A stretch of DNA of 64,000 nt from Octopus sinensis (GCF_006345805.1 NC_043010.1:20460001-20524000); one strand, 5' to 3'. Counted from the stretch's first letter, positions 49,120 through 63,122 are shown. Translations and numbers: made by a program. The notes: generated from the letters alone by a model not told the origin.

Positions 49120-50395
49120 GTCGTCTAAATTACATAAAAATGAAAATAACACTGACATCTCATTTTAACAGATATATTTAACAAAATTATATAAAAAATA
49201 TCTTGAAATACTAAAGAGTAAATTTATTCAACAAAATCGCCATTGGCTTCAACCACGGCCTCGAAACGACTTTGAAATCTCCTGCAACTCTTCTGGACAG
49301 TCTCCTTGTTTAAGTTTGAGAATGCTGTCATAATCCTTGCCTTCAATTCATCTTTGGTGTTACAAGGAGTTTTGTTGGTCTCTTGCTCAACTGCACTCTA
49401 CACTTAATAATTAAGGGAGTTGCAGTCTGGGGAGTTAGGGGGCCAGATGTTAGGGGTGATGTGGTCACAGAAATTGTCTGAGAGCCATGACTGGGTTCTC
49501 CTGCTTGTGTGGCGTGGTGCAGAGTCCTGTAGCCAGACACAGGGTCTTCCAGCAGCCACCCTCTTCACCCAGAGCAGTACTACCTCCTTCAGGCACTTGA
49601 TGTAGGCCTTTGTGCTCCATGTAGGAACACGAATGGTGGTATATCACTGCCATCATTAGTGTTCGTTCCAAACACCATGATGTTGATTGAATGTTTGATT
49701 TGTATTACTCTCAGTACATGTTTTGGGCACATGGCAAGCCAACGGTTGTTCTGTGTGTTCACCATCTGATCCTGGCAGAAATATTTCTTGTCTGAAAAAA
49801 ACCAAAGCATGTTCGGTTGGAGGGGATGCTTGAGTTTGATCAAAAGTTTCGTAGTGTGGTCTTTTGTCTTGTCTTTGATTTATTGGGATAAAAATTGGCC
49901 CTTTCCCATCTTGTATGAGGAATACTGAATGTCTTCATGCACTACCTGCCTGATAAGAAACTCAGCCACTGCCATGTCCCTGGCGATGGACCTGATTGAC
50001 TTGGAGGGATCATTGTTAATCATGGCCTGGGTCTCACCAACAAATTCAGAAGTTCTTTTCTTATCAGAACGATCAGAATGAGTTTTCTGAACTGCCATAC
50101 CTTTGCAATCGCCATTAGGCTCATCCAATTCTATTTGAATCCTCTGCACTGTCCTCAGACTGACACCCAAACACTCTGAAATGTTCGTATTGGTGCTTCC
50201 GATGTGAATGCCAAGCAGTACAGCATGTTGTTTCCAAATTTCTGTAAGAGTGAATTGTGTCATGGTACTGTTTTTTCTTACAGACGGTGCCCAACTGATC
50301 CTACTATACTGTGTAGTTGAAAAATCAAAAACAAATAATGCACATGCGCGAAATTAAAAATATAAAATGGAGACAATTTACACATCACACCTTGT
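49120..50395 (-). mobile_element. Degenerate DD37D (maT) Tc1/mariner-superfamily transposon
   Basis: WFFSDKKYF..NTQNNRW..IMVFG; WLQDSAPRHTS..IWPPNSPDCNSL(N/D)Y with 37 residues between the second and third catalytic positions; N-terminal HTH in ORF 49880-50263. Confidence 0.85.
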
Positions 50396-50670
50396 GTATG
50401 TGTGTTTGTGTGTGTATATATGTGTATCTATATGCATATATATACATGCATATACATATATATATATATATATGTATGTATATATTTCGTTTTTGGATTT
50501 GGTTTGCAAGATTCTTTATGAGTTCATGTGTTGAAGCATATTCTGTTGTGTCTGAAATAGTTTTGAAACTATAGAAAAGGTTGCAAGACGCAACGAAAAA
50601 AGTGGAAATTTTACCGGTGAGTGTGTTATATTATAAGGCACAGAAACAAAATGACTCTCCCCAGACACAA

Positions 50671-50738
<68 letters not shown>

Positions 50739-51581
50739 TTATTTGTGTCTGTGTTTGCCCCCCCCCACCACCACCACATTGCTTGACTACTGATGTCAGG
50801 GTGTTTACGTCCCTGTCCACTTTGGCAAAACAGACTGATAGAATAAGTACTAGGCTTACAAAGAATAAGTCCTGGGGTTGATTTATTTGACTAAAGGTGG
50901 TGCCCCAGCATGGTCACAGTCAAAATGACTGAAAGAAGTAAAAGAATGAAAGAATATATGTATATATGTATATGCATATGTAAGTATATATATCTATAGA
51001 TATAGATATATATATATATACGTATTATGCATGTGTTTACACAAACACAAATGCAGACACATGCAAAAACATATGTGCACACACACACGATCAAATACAC
51101 ACATGCTCACACAGCACATTTCTAATAAACCAATTTAAAAGCAGAAAACATAGAAGGAAACCTCAACCTATCTCATCATAATGGATCTAAGACGACTCCA
51201 TCAACCGAATTTCCCTGCTTTTGAAGGCAGTAGGGTATGATTTCAGGGACAATTGGTTGCTTATTCTAGCAAGTCTATTAACCACACACTTTCTCTCTCC
51301 CTCTTCTGTCGGCTCGTTTTGGCTTGAGTTGTCGATAATATATCAGCCATTTCCACTGATACAAACAAACTGTTGCAGAACAGCCACAGTTAGCTAGACT
51401 TAGTTAACACTATATCAAACAAAGACATTGATTACCAATATCAGCGCCATTTATGTATAAACTCCCTACTAGCTATCTTATAAGGATTTTATGCTACACT
51501 GAACAAACACACACAGAAGCATTCTTACACACACACTGACACATTTAGTCACATACACAAATGCATACATGTATATAAATC

Positions 51582-51619
<38 letters not shown>

Positions 51620-51833
51620 TCATATTAGTATACACGTGTGTATGTATATATGGCTATATATATAAACACACACACACACACATATATATATATTTATATA
51701 TTTACATATGTATGTATATATGATTATATATATATATATATGTATATTAATAATGCCATAAGAGCTCTTAAATGCACATTACAAGGTTTTTACCCAAATA
51801 TACTAAATATATATAAATACATATATACATACG

Positions 51834-51871
<38 letters not shown>

Positions 51872-51902
51872 TATATATATATATATATATATATACATAT
51901 AT

Positions 51903-51943
<41 letters not shown>

Positions 51944-51987
51944 AGTGTGTGTATATATCTATATGTATATATCTATATGTATATATA

Positions 51988-52019
<32 letters not shown>

Positions 52020-53200
52020 GTGAGTGTGTGTATATATCTATATGTATATATATATAAATGTATGAAAAGAACTGGTAATAAGTGCTAAAAATGAGAGGAG
52101 AATGTAAAAATGATGGAAAAGGATTTGCATGGGAGCATGATGGAAAGAATTGGGGGAGGGAGCAGGAGAGAGGAGGGAGAGAGAAGGAAGAGGAGAAAGA
52201 ATTGGATACAAAAAGGGGAAAAAAAAATGGAATGAAAAACAAACCAAACAACAACAATAATGATAGGAAAACTGGGTCATGTGACCTTCCCCGCAATATG
52301 AGTCCAGAGAGGTAAGGATCAAATATTAATATCGGAAATAGATATAAGCGAAGGGCTGTAGCTAAATTCCTGGGTGAATTTTATTATGAAAGCAGCATGA
52401 ACATTGTTGTATGGAATCAGGAAATATTGAATGGGGGAGTTTTAGATGAGGTAAGACGAGAATATTTTGGAAAATATTAGATCAAAGGGAAAAACGTTCT
52501 CAAGACTAACTGCTGACCACCACCACCACCACCACCACCACTGTTGCCATCCCACCACCCTCACCCCTACCAACTGCCTGTTATACCATTCAGCCATCAG
52601 CCACTGACCACCAAAACATAGACTCCTATACTTCTATTAATCGCTATCATATTGGCCTGGATGCTTAGAAAAGGTTTCTGACTGGTCGGTGAGGTGGGTG
52701 GGTGCATTGTGATTGGGTCGAGGGGGGGGGGCGCGTTTCGGCAAGTTTCTGGGGGAAGGGTTTTGGTTGGTTGGCTGGGTTCCTTTTATGTTTTTGTATT
52801 TTTATTTTCTTCCTTATTGTCATCATCATCATCATCATCGTCATCGTCCTCATCATCATCATCATTATTATTATTATTGTTATTATGATGTTCGTTTTGG
52901 ATAGTTCTGCTTATGAATGGCACACACACACTACAGTGTGGTGTATTGTATAATACCTGCCTATGGGCAGGATAGGTGGGAGAAGGTGGGAGGGAGGAAG
53001 AGGCACAGGAGTAAAAAAGGAAGAGGAAAAAACTACTCATAACAAATTCTCCTCCTCCTCCTCATCATCATCATCGTCGTCGTCATCATCATCACCACTA
53101 CCATTACAATTTCCTCATTCTTCTCCACTCATCCTTTTCCTCGTACCTTTTCCTCTTTTTCTCTCATCATCATCATCACAACATCAATAACAACAACAAT

Positions 53201-53240
<40 letters not shown>

Positions 53241-53559
53241 GCCACTACAACTGCTACTGCTGCTGCTGCTAATACAAAGGTGATTCACCTGGTAGAAAAT
53301 GGCTAGCCATTATGAGTTCACAATGGAGAAGGCTTTTTGGTATACACACACACACACACATACACACAGTTACCACCTGATTGAGTCAAGAGAGATAGAT
53401 GCATCTGAATAAAGATGAGATAGTAATCTCTGGAGTGGATTTGGTGGATTTGGATGGACCAAGGGCTAAAACAGTGACTACAAACAACATGAACAATAAA
53501 CAAAAGGAGCTTCACAAATCAATGAAGAAACTTGCTCAAGCAGGGTTTCTTTGCTCCAA

Positions 53560-53677
53560 ATACTTAGAAAAACTGAAGGACCGCTGCAATAAGTGTGTGA
53601 ATCTGAGAGGGGAATATGTTGGATTTTCCTGTATTTTCTTTTACCCAAAGCCAGGAATTTTTCAGCATCCCTTTGTA
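53560..53677 (+). mobile_element. Mariner 3' end fragment (related piece at 46658-46745)
   Basis: KLKDRCNKCVNLRGEYV followed by ccaaagccaggaatttttcagcatccc (TIR-like). Confidence 0.6.
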
Positions 53678-55420
53678 ATCAAGGTACTGTCAAGGGCACT
53701 GGAAATATTTCAAGTCTTGTTGTAAAGCATTTCTTAGGTTAAGGACACTAGAGAGACTTGTTTGCATTGGGGTTTCTAAATGCTTTTCTTTTTCCTCTTG
53801 TTATCCAGAGTGCACGTTAAGAGCAAGTAAAAATTTGGGTTTTGCTTAGTTTATAAAGTATTTTTTACAAAAATTTATTGAAAAGGGGTATTTACATTAT
53901 TTAACATTTCAGCAGAAATTATTTAAAATCATCACTATCATCATCATCGTTGTCACCACCACCACCACCATCATAACTACACAACACACATAGACACAAA
54001 CACACAAAAACACACACACACACACATACACTCATAAACACACATCAACATCATCATTATCGTTTTACATCCACTTTTTTTGTCAGTATGAGTTAGATGG
54101 GTCATCATGATCCAAGTCAGTTCCTATATGGCATCACTGTCCTCCCAGACAATTTATTTTGCTATGATGTCCTTCCTGACACCAGCCATTCCCATTTTAC
54201 TGGCTGCATTCTATTTTTGTCCCACTACCAGACAAAAGTGATGAAGATGGACAATGTTATGGACCAGGAAGCAGCTGCCAGGTTCAACCGGCAGAAACTA
54301 AGGAAAAAAAAGTTGGTAGTCCACTGGTTCCAACAAGGAGTGTCCCAGTTGATCCAGCAGTCAGTGTTAGAGAGACTTGGAAGAGTATGGCAAGGGTAGA
54401 CAGAAAACTAGATGTGTTCCATCGAGGGTGCTTCAGAAAGATCTTGAGGGCCAATTGGTGGAGAAAACAGGGTTTTTGACCAGAAAACCAAAAACATTTT
54501 TCATAGAGTCAACCAGAAACATAACTTCTAGTATCAGCATCTCAGCACTCTCTTTCTCTCTCTCTCCCTTATGCACACACATGCATAATCACACAGACAC
54601 ACATGCACACACACACAGAGTCATACACACAGACATACACATATACATAGATACACTCAGACACATACAGTGACATGCCCAGATGTACATGCACACTCAC
54701 GCACACACACACACACACTCATTGTCACACACACAAACACATAAACACAGGCTCACACAAACATACATGCACAGCAACACACAAACACACATTCATAGTC
54801 ACAAACTCACACACAGACATACATGCACCCCACCCACTCCACAAATAAACAATGTTTAAACTATTAAAATATTTGTGTCAAAAACTTCCCTTCTTTTATC
54901 TCTCTCATAAAACTTCATTCGTCTTTTGAGTGGTTCTTGTTTTTCCCATCTTTTATAATTGCTGAGTCTCACACAAAAGTCTCATGCTGCGATGTTGTTC
55001 CATTCTTGGGGGCGATGTCTGACACTAAATTATTATCATGTAGAAAGTGTTATTGCTATCATTCACCAACCCCGCCAACCCCTGCCAGCCATTCCCTACA
55101 TTTCCATCTTGGTAGATATAGATGCATAGCAGACTTTTTCGTTGTTTTGAAGGTACTTGGTTAGCATTTTCATGTGCGACGTGGTGGGGGAACTGGCATT
55201 TCAAAGAACAGACCTCTGCACATCATAAATGGCAAAAAAGGGGCTGAAGGTAAGATTTACACCCCAGCCTTGTAAAACCCTCACCTTCAACAAATACTCA
55301 GAACAGACCCAAGGGTTTGCGGGAGGCAGAAGGGAGTTGTCGTCTGAGTGGTGCAAAGATGTTATCTGCTAGGAATGGTAGGGAATAACCATGCAGCAAT
55401 GCACTGCCATCATTCTCCTT

Positions 55421-55452
<32 letters not shown>

Positions 55453-56194
55453 GCTGCTGCTGCTACTGCTGCTACTACTTTCATGGAGCCTGCAAGACAT
55501 AATATATCACCATGGGGTTTGATCCCGTCACCTTGATCCTTGGCTGACTTTAATAATGGTATATTTGGTTCACAGTTTCATCAAACCTCTCAGACTTGAA
55601 CCCTCAGTTTAACCCTCACTGTCTGGGGTCCTTGGGGACCTTTAACAGAATTCTGGGTTCAGTCCCACTGTGTGGCACCTTGGGCAAGTATCTTCTCCTA
55701 TAGCCTCAACCAAAGCCTTCAGAGTGAATTCAATATACAGAAATGGAAAGAAACCAATCATGAGTGTGTTCATCCCCTACAACCACTTGACAACCAGTGT
55801 TGGTACATTTATGTCCCTGAGACTTAATGGTTTGGCAAAGTGGGGTGGGCAATGGAATAAGTTCAAGGCTGAAACAAAAGTACTGGAGTTTGATTCATTT
55901 GGCTGAAATTCTTCAAGGTGGTGCTGCAGCATGGCCACAGTCAAATGACTGAAACAAGAGATAAAAGATATACACATGAGACTATAGTTGAAGACACTTG
56001 TCCAAGGTGCCGTATGGTGGGACTGAACCTGAAACCATGTGACTGCAAAACAAGCGTCTTGTGTTTTGGTATTGGTGTGACGTATATTCCATAGGCATTT
56101 GAAATAAATCGAAACCCAAAATAGGCAACATCATCACCATCATCATCATTATTGTGATCACCGACAGCACCACCATCACCACCACCATTGCTAG

Positions 56195-56462
56195 TGGGTC
56201 ATTGCTAGTGTCGCTTGACTGGTGCTCATTGAAAGTGGCATGTAAAAAGCACCATCCGAACGTGGTCGATGCCCCCTCCCCTGACTAGCTCCTGTACTTG
56301 TAGCATGTAAAAAGCACCTGGAGTGGTTGGCGTTAAGAAGGGTATCCAGCTGTAGAAACACTGCCAGATCAGATTGGAGCCTAGTGCAGCCTCCTGGCTT
56401 CCCAGACCCTGGTTGAACCATCCAACCATTGCCAGCATGGAAAATGGACGTTAAACGATGAT
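56195..56462 (+). mobile_element. RTE 3' UTR fragment
   Basis: ggcatgtaaaaagcacc modules; ends catggaaaatggacgttaaacgatgat. Confidence 0.8.
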
Positions 56463-56674
56463 AAACTGTTGACATGCAGATATTTGCATATAGAATATGC
56501 AAAAATTTAAGAAACCAAAATATACTGCTGAAAAGATTATGGAGAATGTGTAAAGGATTCTTCTCTTAATGGTAAAGATGATTCTTGGAACTTTAAGAAA
56601 ACTTCTCAAAGAAAATTGAGGAAATTTTAGATAAAAGAATATAAATCTGTGAGAAAAATATAAAGTGTGTAAGT

Positions 56675-57110
56675 GCAGGTGTGGGTGTGCGGTATGAAGT
56701 TTGCCTCCTGACCTCATGAGTCTAGGTTCAGTCCAACTGCATGGCACCTTCGGCAAGTGCTTTCTGCTATAGCCTCAGATCGACCAAAGCCTTGTGAGTA
56801 GATTTGATAGATGGAAACTGAAAGAAGCCCATCATATATGTGTGTGTGTTTGAGTGTGTGTGTGTGTGTGTATGTGTGTCTTTGTGTCTGTAGTTTGTCC
56901 CCCTCACCACCACTGCTTGACAACCAATGTTGGTGCATTTACATTTCTGTAACTTAGCAGTTCAGCAAAAGAGATCAATAGAATTAGTACCAGATTTAAA
57001 CAAAAAAAAAAAAACATAAGTTCTGGGGTTGATTCATTCAACTAAAAATTCTTCAAGGTGGTGCCCCAGCATGGCCACAGGCTAAAGAGTGAAACAAGCA
57101 AAGGATAAAA
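56675..57110 (+). mobile_element. SINE family A, diverged full-length copy
   Basis: Homologous to 18541-18987. Confidence 0.8.
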
Positions 57111-57679
57111 AATAAAACTACAATCAGAAACAGATGTTCTGATTCCTATCAATTCCCAGGATATGGTAATGATGTAAAGAGCCAATCTGTAGGAGAGAGA
57201 GAGGGGGGAGAGAGTGTGTGTGTGTGTGCCTGCGATGGGGTGGGGTGCATGCATGTGTGTACATTAAGTGTGTGGGTTAGAGAGTTTCTGCTCATATCAA
57301 AGCTCTATCTGATCGTTTTTATCTCCCCAGATGTGCGGAAGCAAAACAGTTTATTCCATGTTTATGTGAAAACATGAAATTCCATTGCCCCTTGGGTAAT
57401 TGCTTTCTGCTATAGCCCCAGGCCGACTGAAGCCTTAGGACAGGATTTGGTAGACAGAAACTGAAAGAAGCTCATCGTGTGTCTGCTTATGTTCAATTAT
57501 TATGAAAACAACTTTACATTAATCTAATGGGTTTCTCTAAACTTTTATTATTCCTAAATGAGAATGTTGTTGAGAGTGACTTCGAAGTTTCAACCAATTA
57601 GGCCACTGTCACATATGTATGTATGTATGTATGTACGTATGTGTACATGTATGTATGTATGTATGTATGTATGCATGTG

Positions 57680-58167
57680 TATCATTATTCAGTTTATTTC
57701 AAGATTTCTTGCCAACAGAGAAAGAACTGGTTTCTAACCTAGATTCAAGGCTCCTTCATTGGAATTTCAACCTCAACAACAGAGTATTTTTGTTTGTTTG
57801 TATGTATGTATGTATTATGTATTCTCATGCATATATATATTTAAATGATAAACTTTTGGAAAGTTTTACAGATTTTTACATTTCCAGTGATGGATTGGAT
57901 CTGTAGTCTTGGAATTAGCTTTCTCCTTTCTGGTTTTGAAAAGCGTAATTTCTCAAGATTGGTACTTAGACATTGTGTTAAATATCCCAGTGCCCCAATA
58001 ATTACAGGTATAAACCTGAGCTAGTAATCTGTATAGAGTAACTGCAGATTTCTCAATAGTTCATCATAGGTATTCTCTTTTTCACAGATCTTCAGCTTTA
58101 TGATAACATTTGCTAGGCAGCTAATTTCTACTACTGTGCACAGTTTCTCGTCTCTATCTCATATCAT
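57680..58167 (-). mobile_element. RLE-type non-LTR retrotransposon 3' fragment embedded in (TACA)n
   Basis: KLCTVVEISCLANVIIKLKICEKENTYDELLRNLQLLY..FIPVIIGALG..LQIQSITGNVKICKTFQKFII* (stop 57841-57843); 3' UTR with AATAAA; (GTAT)n on both sides. Confidence 0.8.
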
Positions 58168-58285
58168 GTATGTATGCTTGTATGTATGTACATACATGTT
58201 TATGTATGTATATATGTACATATGTATGTATGTAAATATGAGTATATGCAAGTATGTATGTTTGTATGTTTGTATGTATGTATGC

Positions 58286-58562
58286 ATCATCATCATCATC
58301 ATCATCATCGTTTAACATCTGTTTTCCATGCTGGCATGGGTTGGACAGTTTGACTAAGGGCTGGCAAACTAGAAGGCTGTACCAGGCTCCAGTATGACCA
58401 CGATTGGTTGGTGCTTTTTTACGTGACACTGACATGGAAGCCAGTCAAAGCGGTACTGGCATTGGCCACATTTGGATGGTCGGCGTTGGCATCGGCCACG
58501 TTTGGATGGTTGGTGCTGGTATCAAACACGATCAGATGGTCGGCACTGGGAGCGGCCATGAA
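58286..58562 (-). mobile_element. RTE 3' UTR fragment with ~30-bp internal tandem repeats
   Basis: (CAT)n tail at 58286-58309; repeated ggcatcggccacgtttggatggt. Confidence 0.75.
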
Positions 58563-58674
58563 TTTAGAACGGTCGGACAAGTTGTTTTGAGAAAATTTGG
58601 TTTAAATGTTCGACAACTCAGCACCATCCATTGGATGGGGGTCATTTTGTTCGTATACATACATATATATATAT

Positions 58675-59078
58675 ACTCTTTTTACTCTCTTTTACTTGTT
58701 TCAGTCATTTGACTGCGGCCATGCTGGAGCACCGCCTTTAGTCGAGCAAGTCGACCCCGGGACTTATTCTTTGTAAGCCCAGTACTTATTCTATCGGTCT
58801 CTTTTGCCGAACCGCTAAGTGACGGGGACGTAAACACACCAGCATCGGTTGTCAAGCAATGCTAGGGGGACGAACACAGACACACAAACATATGCACACA
58901 CACTTATATATATATACATATATACAACAGGCTTCTTTCAGTTTCCGTCTACCAAATCCACTCACAAGGCATTGGTCGGCCCGGGGCTATAGCAGAAGAC
59001 ACTTGCCCAAGATGCCACGCAGTGGGACTGAACCCGGAACCATGTGGTTGGTTAGCAAGCTACTTACCACACAGCCAC
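58675..59078 (-). mobile_element. SINE family A, young copy
   Basis: Reverse complement of 47767-48171. Confidence 0.9.
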
Positions 59079-59150
59079 TATATATATATATATATATATA
59101 TACATATATATACATATGCATATATATACACATATATACATATATATATG

Positions 59151-59182
<32 letters not shown>

Positions 59183-59656
59183 TGCATAAATGCATATATA
59201 TACATATGCATATATATACACATATATACATATATATATGTATATATATATGTATATATATCTATATATAATACATACATATAATATATATATCTATATA
59301 TATATATACATACATATATATATATAGATATATATATATATACATACATATATATATATATATCTATATATATATACATACATATATATATATATATCTA
59401 TATATATACATACATATATATATATCTATATATATATATATACATACATATATATATATATCTATATATATATATACATACATACATATATATATATATA
59501 TATCATATATATATACATACATATATATATATCTATATATATATACATACATATATATATATATATATACATACGTATATATATATATATATATATATAC
59601 ATACATATATATATATATACATACATACATATATATATATACATACATACATATAT

Positions 59657-59688
<32 letters not shown>

Positions 59689-59749
59689 ATATATATATAT
59701 ATATCTATATATATTATATATATATACACACATATATATATATATGTAT

Positions 59750-59808
<59 letters not shown>

Positions 59809-59820
59809 TATTATATATAT
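59079..59820. repeat. Long (TA)n/(TACA)n compound microsatellite
   Basis: Direct inspection. Confidence 0.95.
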
Positions 59821-60158
59821 GTTTGAATGTGTGTATCTATATGTAAATATGTATGGATGTATAAATATGTCTGTGAGTGGGTTTGGGTAACTAATATTAC
59901 TAATGCAAAAGATGACACTCAGTAGAATGAACTTCCATATTAATTAGTAATAAATACCAAAGTTATTTTCTAATCTTTATAATTACAAACATATTTAAAA
60001 CATATGTTCTGTGCTCCATGTATCTCACAATATCTTAATGGTTTTGTAATAATTATAAGCATTTGGATAGAAAGAGAGTCCTCTTGTATTTCTGTTATGA
60101 TCAATTTGAGGGTAAGTTTTCAATAATTACAGTAAGTTTTATTTATATTTTTTAAATC

Positions 60159-60470
60159 CAGTTCTATATTTAAGAGATGAGGAATTATGTACATTATTTG
60201 CATTATTTACATCTGACGGGCATATGGCATAGTGGTTAAGAATGCAGGCTATCAACCCCAATATCCCGAGTTTGATTCCAGGCAGTGACCTGAATAATAA
60301 TAATGATGATGATGGTAAGAACATTGAAAAATACCTTAGGAATGAGAACCCAGGTTCAAAATTTCCCCAAGACACATGATGAAGGCTGGAGGGTATATCA
60401 GCTGAAATATTGTTTTAACCATAAACAAGATGAGGACAAATATCCGCCAAATGTAAATAATGTAAACAAT
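60159..60470 (+). mobile_element. HHR-SINE (60218-60470) preceded by an inverted tail segment (60159-60219)
   Basis: Head gggcatatggcatagtggttaag..gagtttgattcc; degenerate HHR at 60371-60416; 60159-60219 is the reverse complement of 39150-39201. Confidence 0.85.
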
Positions 60471-60489
60471 TTTTTAAATCGTTTATCGT

Positions 60490-60880
60490 TTACTTGTTTC
60501 AGTCATTAGACTACGACCATCCTGAGGCACCATCTTGAAGAATATTAGTCAAATGAATCAATCCAATTGTGTATTGTTTTTTTTTAAAGCCTAGTGGTTA
60601 TTCTATTGGTTTTTAAAAAATTTTTGCCAAACTGCAAACACACCATAACTGCTTGTTAAGTGGTGATGGGGTACAAACACAGACTCAAAGACACATACAT
60701 GCACACACAAGCACATACGATGGGCTTCTCTCAGTTTCCATTTACCAAATCTATTCACAAGGGTTTGGTTAGTCTGAGGCTATGGTAGAAGACACCTGTC
60801 CAAGGTGCCATGCAGTAGAATTGAACCTGGAACTATGTGGTCAAGATGCAAACTTCCTACTTCACAGCCACACCCAGCAC
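60490..60880 (-). mobile_element. SINE family A, diverged
   Basis: Reverse-complement homology to 18541-18987. Confidence 0.75.
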
Positions 60881-61844
60881 CCATGAACTTTTGATAAATT
60901 TGTAATAAATTTCTATAAAACTAGAAAAGATAACATTTTTCAAGGAAAATTTAATGAATTCTAATTTTATAATCTCCAAGCATGAAAATTATAAATTTAT
61001 CAAAAAATCTAATTTGTTTGATCTATTTTTATCAATATATTGAGAACAATATTCATCATCAAAAGTAAGTAGGTTCCCATGTTTATCTCAAATAAATAAA
61101 TGGATAAAACAGACAAATCAGAAAACTATTTTCATTAAACTCTCTCCTTTTCCTCCCCATGCCTGCATCTCACAGAAAATTCATCTTCATCTTTATTCTT
61201 GCTCCAAAGCATATCAAAATATCAAAGTGGAAAATAAATGATGATAATTCTTCAGAAATGAAGATGGCAGAAGATACGACTATAAAGGGGAAGGAAGCAA
61301 ATTTAAGAAACACACATGCACACACACACTCACAAGCACACACACATACACACATCCACACACAGAGATAAACAAACATATCCAGACACACACACACATA
61401 CACAAACATATCCACACACACATCCACACACACATACACACAAACATATTCACACACCCCCACACACACAAACATATCCATACACACACCCATACACATA
61501 TTCACACACACATCCACACATATACACACACCCATCTTCACACACACACACACATGCACACAGAGAGAAAACGACAGTAAACATATCTCAATCTCAGCTG
61601 TCAGAGAAAAGTATTATTGGGCATATACATGTATGTATATATGTATGCGTATTGTTATGTATGTACGTATGTATGTGCATGTATGTATGTATGTATGTAT
61701 GTACCTACATATGTTTGTATGTGTATGTATGTATGTATGTACCTACATATGTTTGTATGTGTATGTATGTATGTATGTAACTCTCGATCTATCTAGATGT
61801 ACATACATACACAGACACACACACACATATACATATATATATTT

Positions 61845-62171
61845 TGTGGCACTCCGTCGGTTATGACGAGGGTTCCAGTTGATCCAATCAATGGTACAGA
61901 CTGCTCGTGAAATTAACGGACAAGTGATTGAGCACTCCACAGACACGTGTCCTCTTAATATAGTTCCCAGGGAGATTCAGCGTGACACAGAGTGTGACAA
62001 GGCTGGTCTTTTGAAATACAGGTACAGTAGGGCTCGCCACCACCCCCTGCCGGAGCTTCATTGAGCTTTAGGTGTTTGCACTCAATAAACACTCACAATG
62101 CCCGGTCTGGGAATCAAAACTGTGATCCTATGACTGTGAGTCCACTGCCTTAACCAGTGGGCCATTGCACC
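61845..62171 (-). mobile_element. SINE with a family D head and a family B 3' module
   Basis: 62022-62171 matches 46765-46914; 61845-62024 matches the 3' part of 13535-13860 and 4875-5182. Confidence 0.75.
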
Positions 62172-62185
62172 TCTACACACACACA

Positions 62186-62269
<84 letters not shown>

Positions 62270-62314
62270 TACATACATATATATACACACACATACACAT
62301 GTACACATATACAC

Positions 62315-62425
62315 GGTTTTAGACCCACTGCATGGGACCTTGGGAAAAGGTCTTCTACTATAGCCTCGGGTTGACTAAAACCTTTGTGAATAGATTTGGC
62401 AGACAGAAACTGAAAGAAGCCCGTC

Positions 62426-62463
<38 letters not shown>

Positions 62464-62473
62464 TATATATATG

Positions 62474-62504
<31 letters not shown>

Positions 62505-63122
62505 GTATATATACATATGTATTTTGTGTGCCTGTATTTGTCTCCCTACCCTCGCTTGACAACCAATGCTGGTGTGTGTTTTTATGTCCCCCGTAACTTA
62601 GTGGTTTAGCAAAAGAGACCGATAGAATAAGTACTAGGCTTCCAAAGAACAAGTCCTGGGGTTGATTTGTTCGACTAAAGGCGGTGCTCCAGCATGGCTG
62701 CAGTCAACTGACTGAAACAAATGCAAGAATATATATATATATTTTTTTTTTCACTTGTTTCAGTCATTTGACTATGGCCATGCTGGAGTACCACCTTTAA
62801 CCATTCAAATCAACCCCAGGACTATTTCTTTGTAAACCTTGTATTTATTCTATTGGTTTCTTTTGCCAAACTGCTAAGTTACAGGGATATAAAGGCAGCA
62901 ACATCGGTTGTCAAGCGATTGTGGGGAGACAAATACAGACACTAATAACAAACACACACATACATATATACTTATATATATACGACAGGCTTCTTTAAGT
63001 TTCCTTCTATGAAATCCACTCACAAGGCTTTGGTTGGCTCGAGGCTATAGTAAAAGACACTTGCCCAAGGTGCCACGCAGTGGGACTGAATCCAGAACCA
63101 TGTGGTTGGGAAGCAAGCTTCT
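62315..63122. mobile_element. Two tail-to-tail family A SINEs (62315-62730 plus, 62750-63122 minus)
   Basis: Homology to 18541-18987 in opposite orientations. Confidence 0.8.

Noticed and set aside
60218-60292. Possible tRNA gene (also the SINE heads at 4875, 15838 and 46765)
   Set aside because: A and B boxes are present but there is no complete cloverleaf, and each head runs into a repeated SINE body
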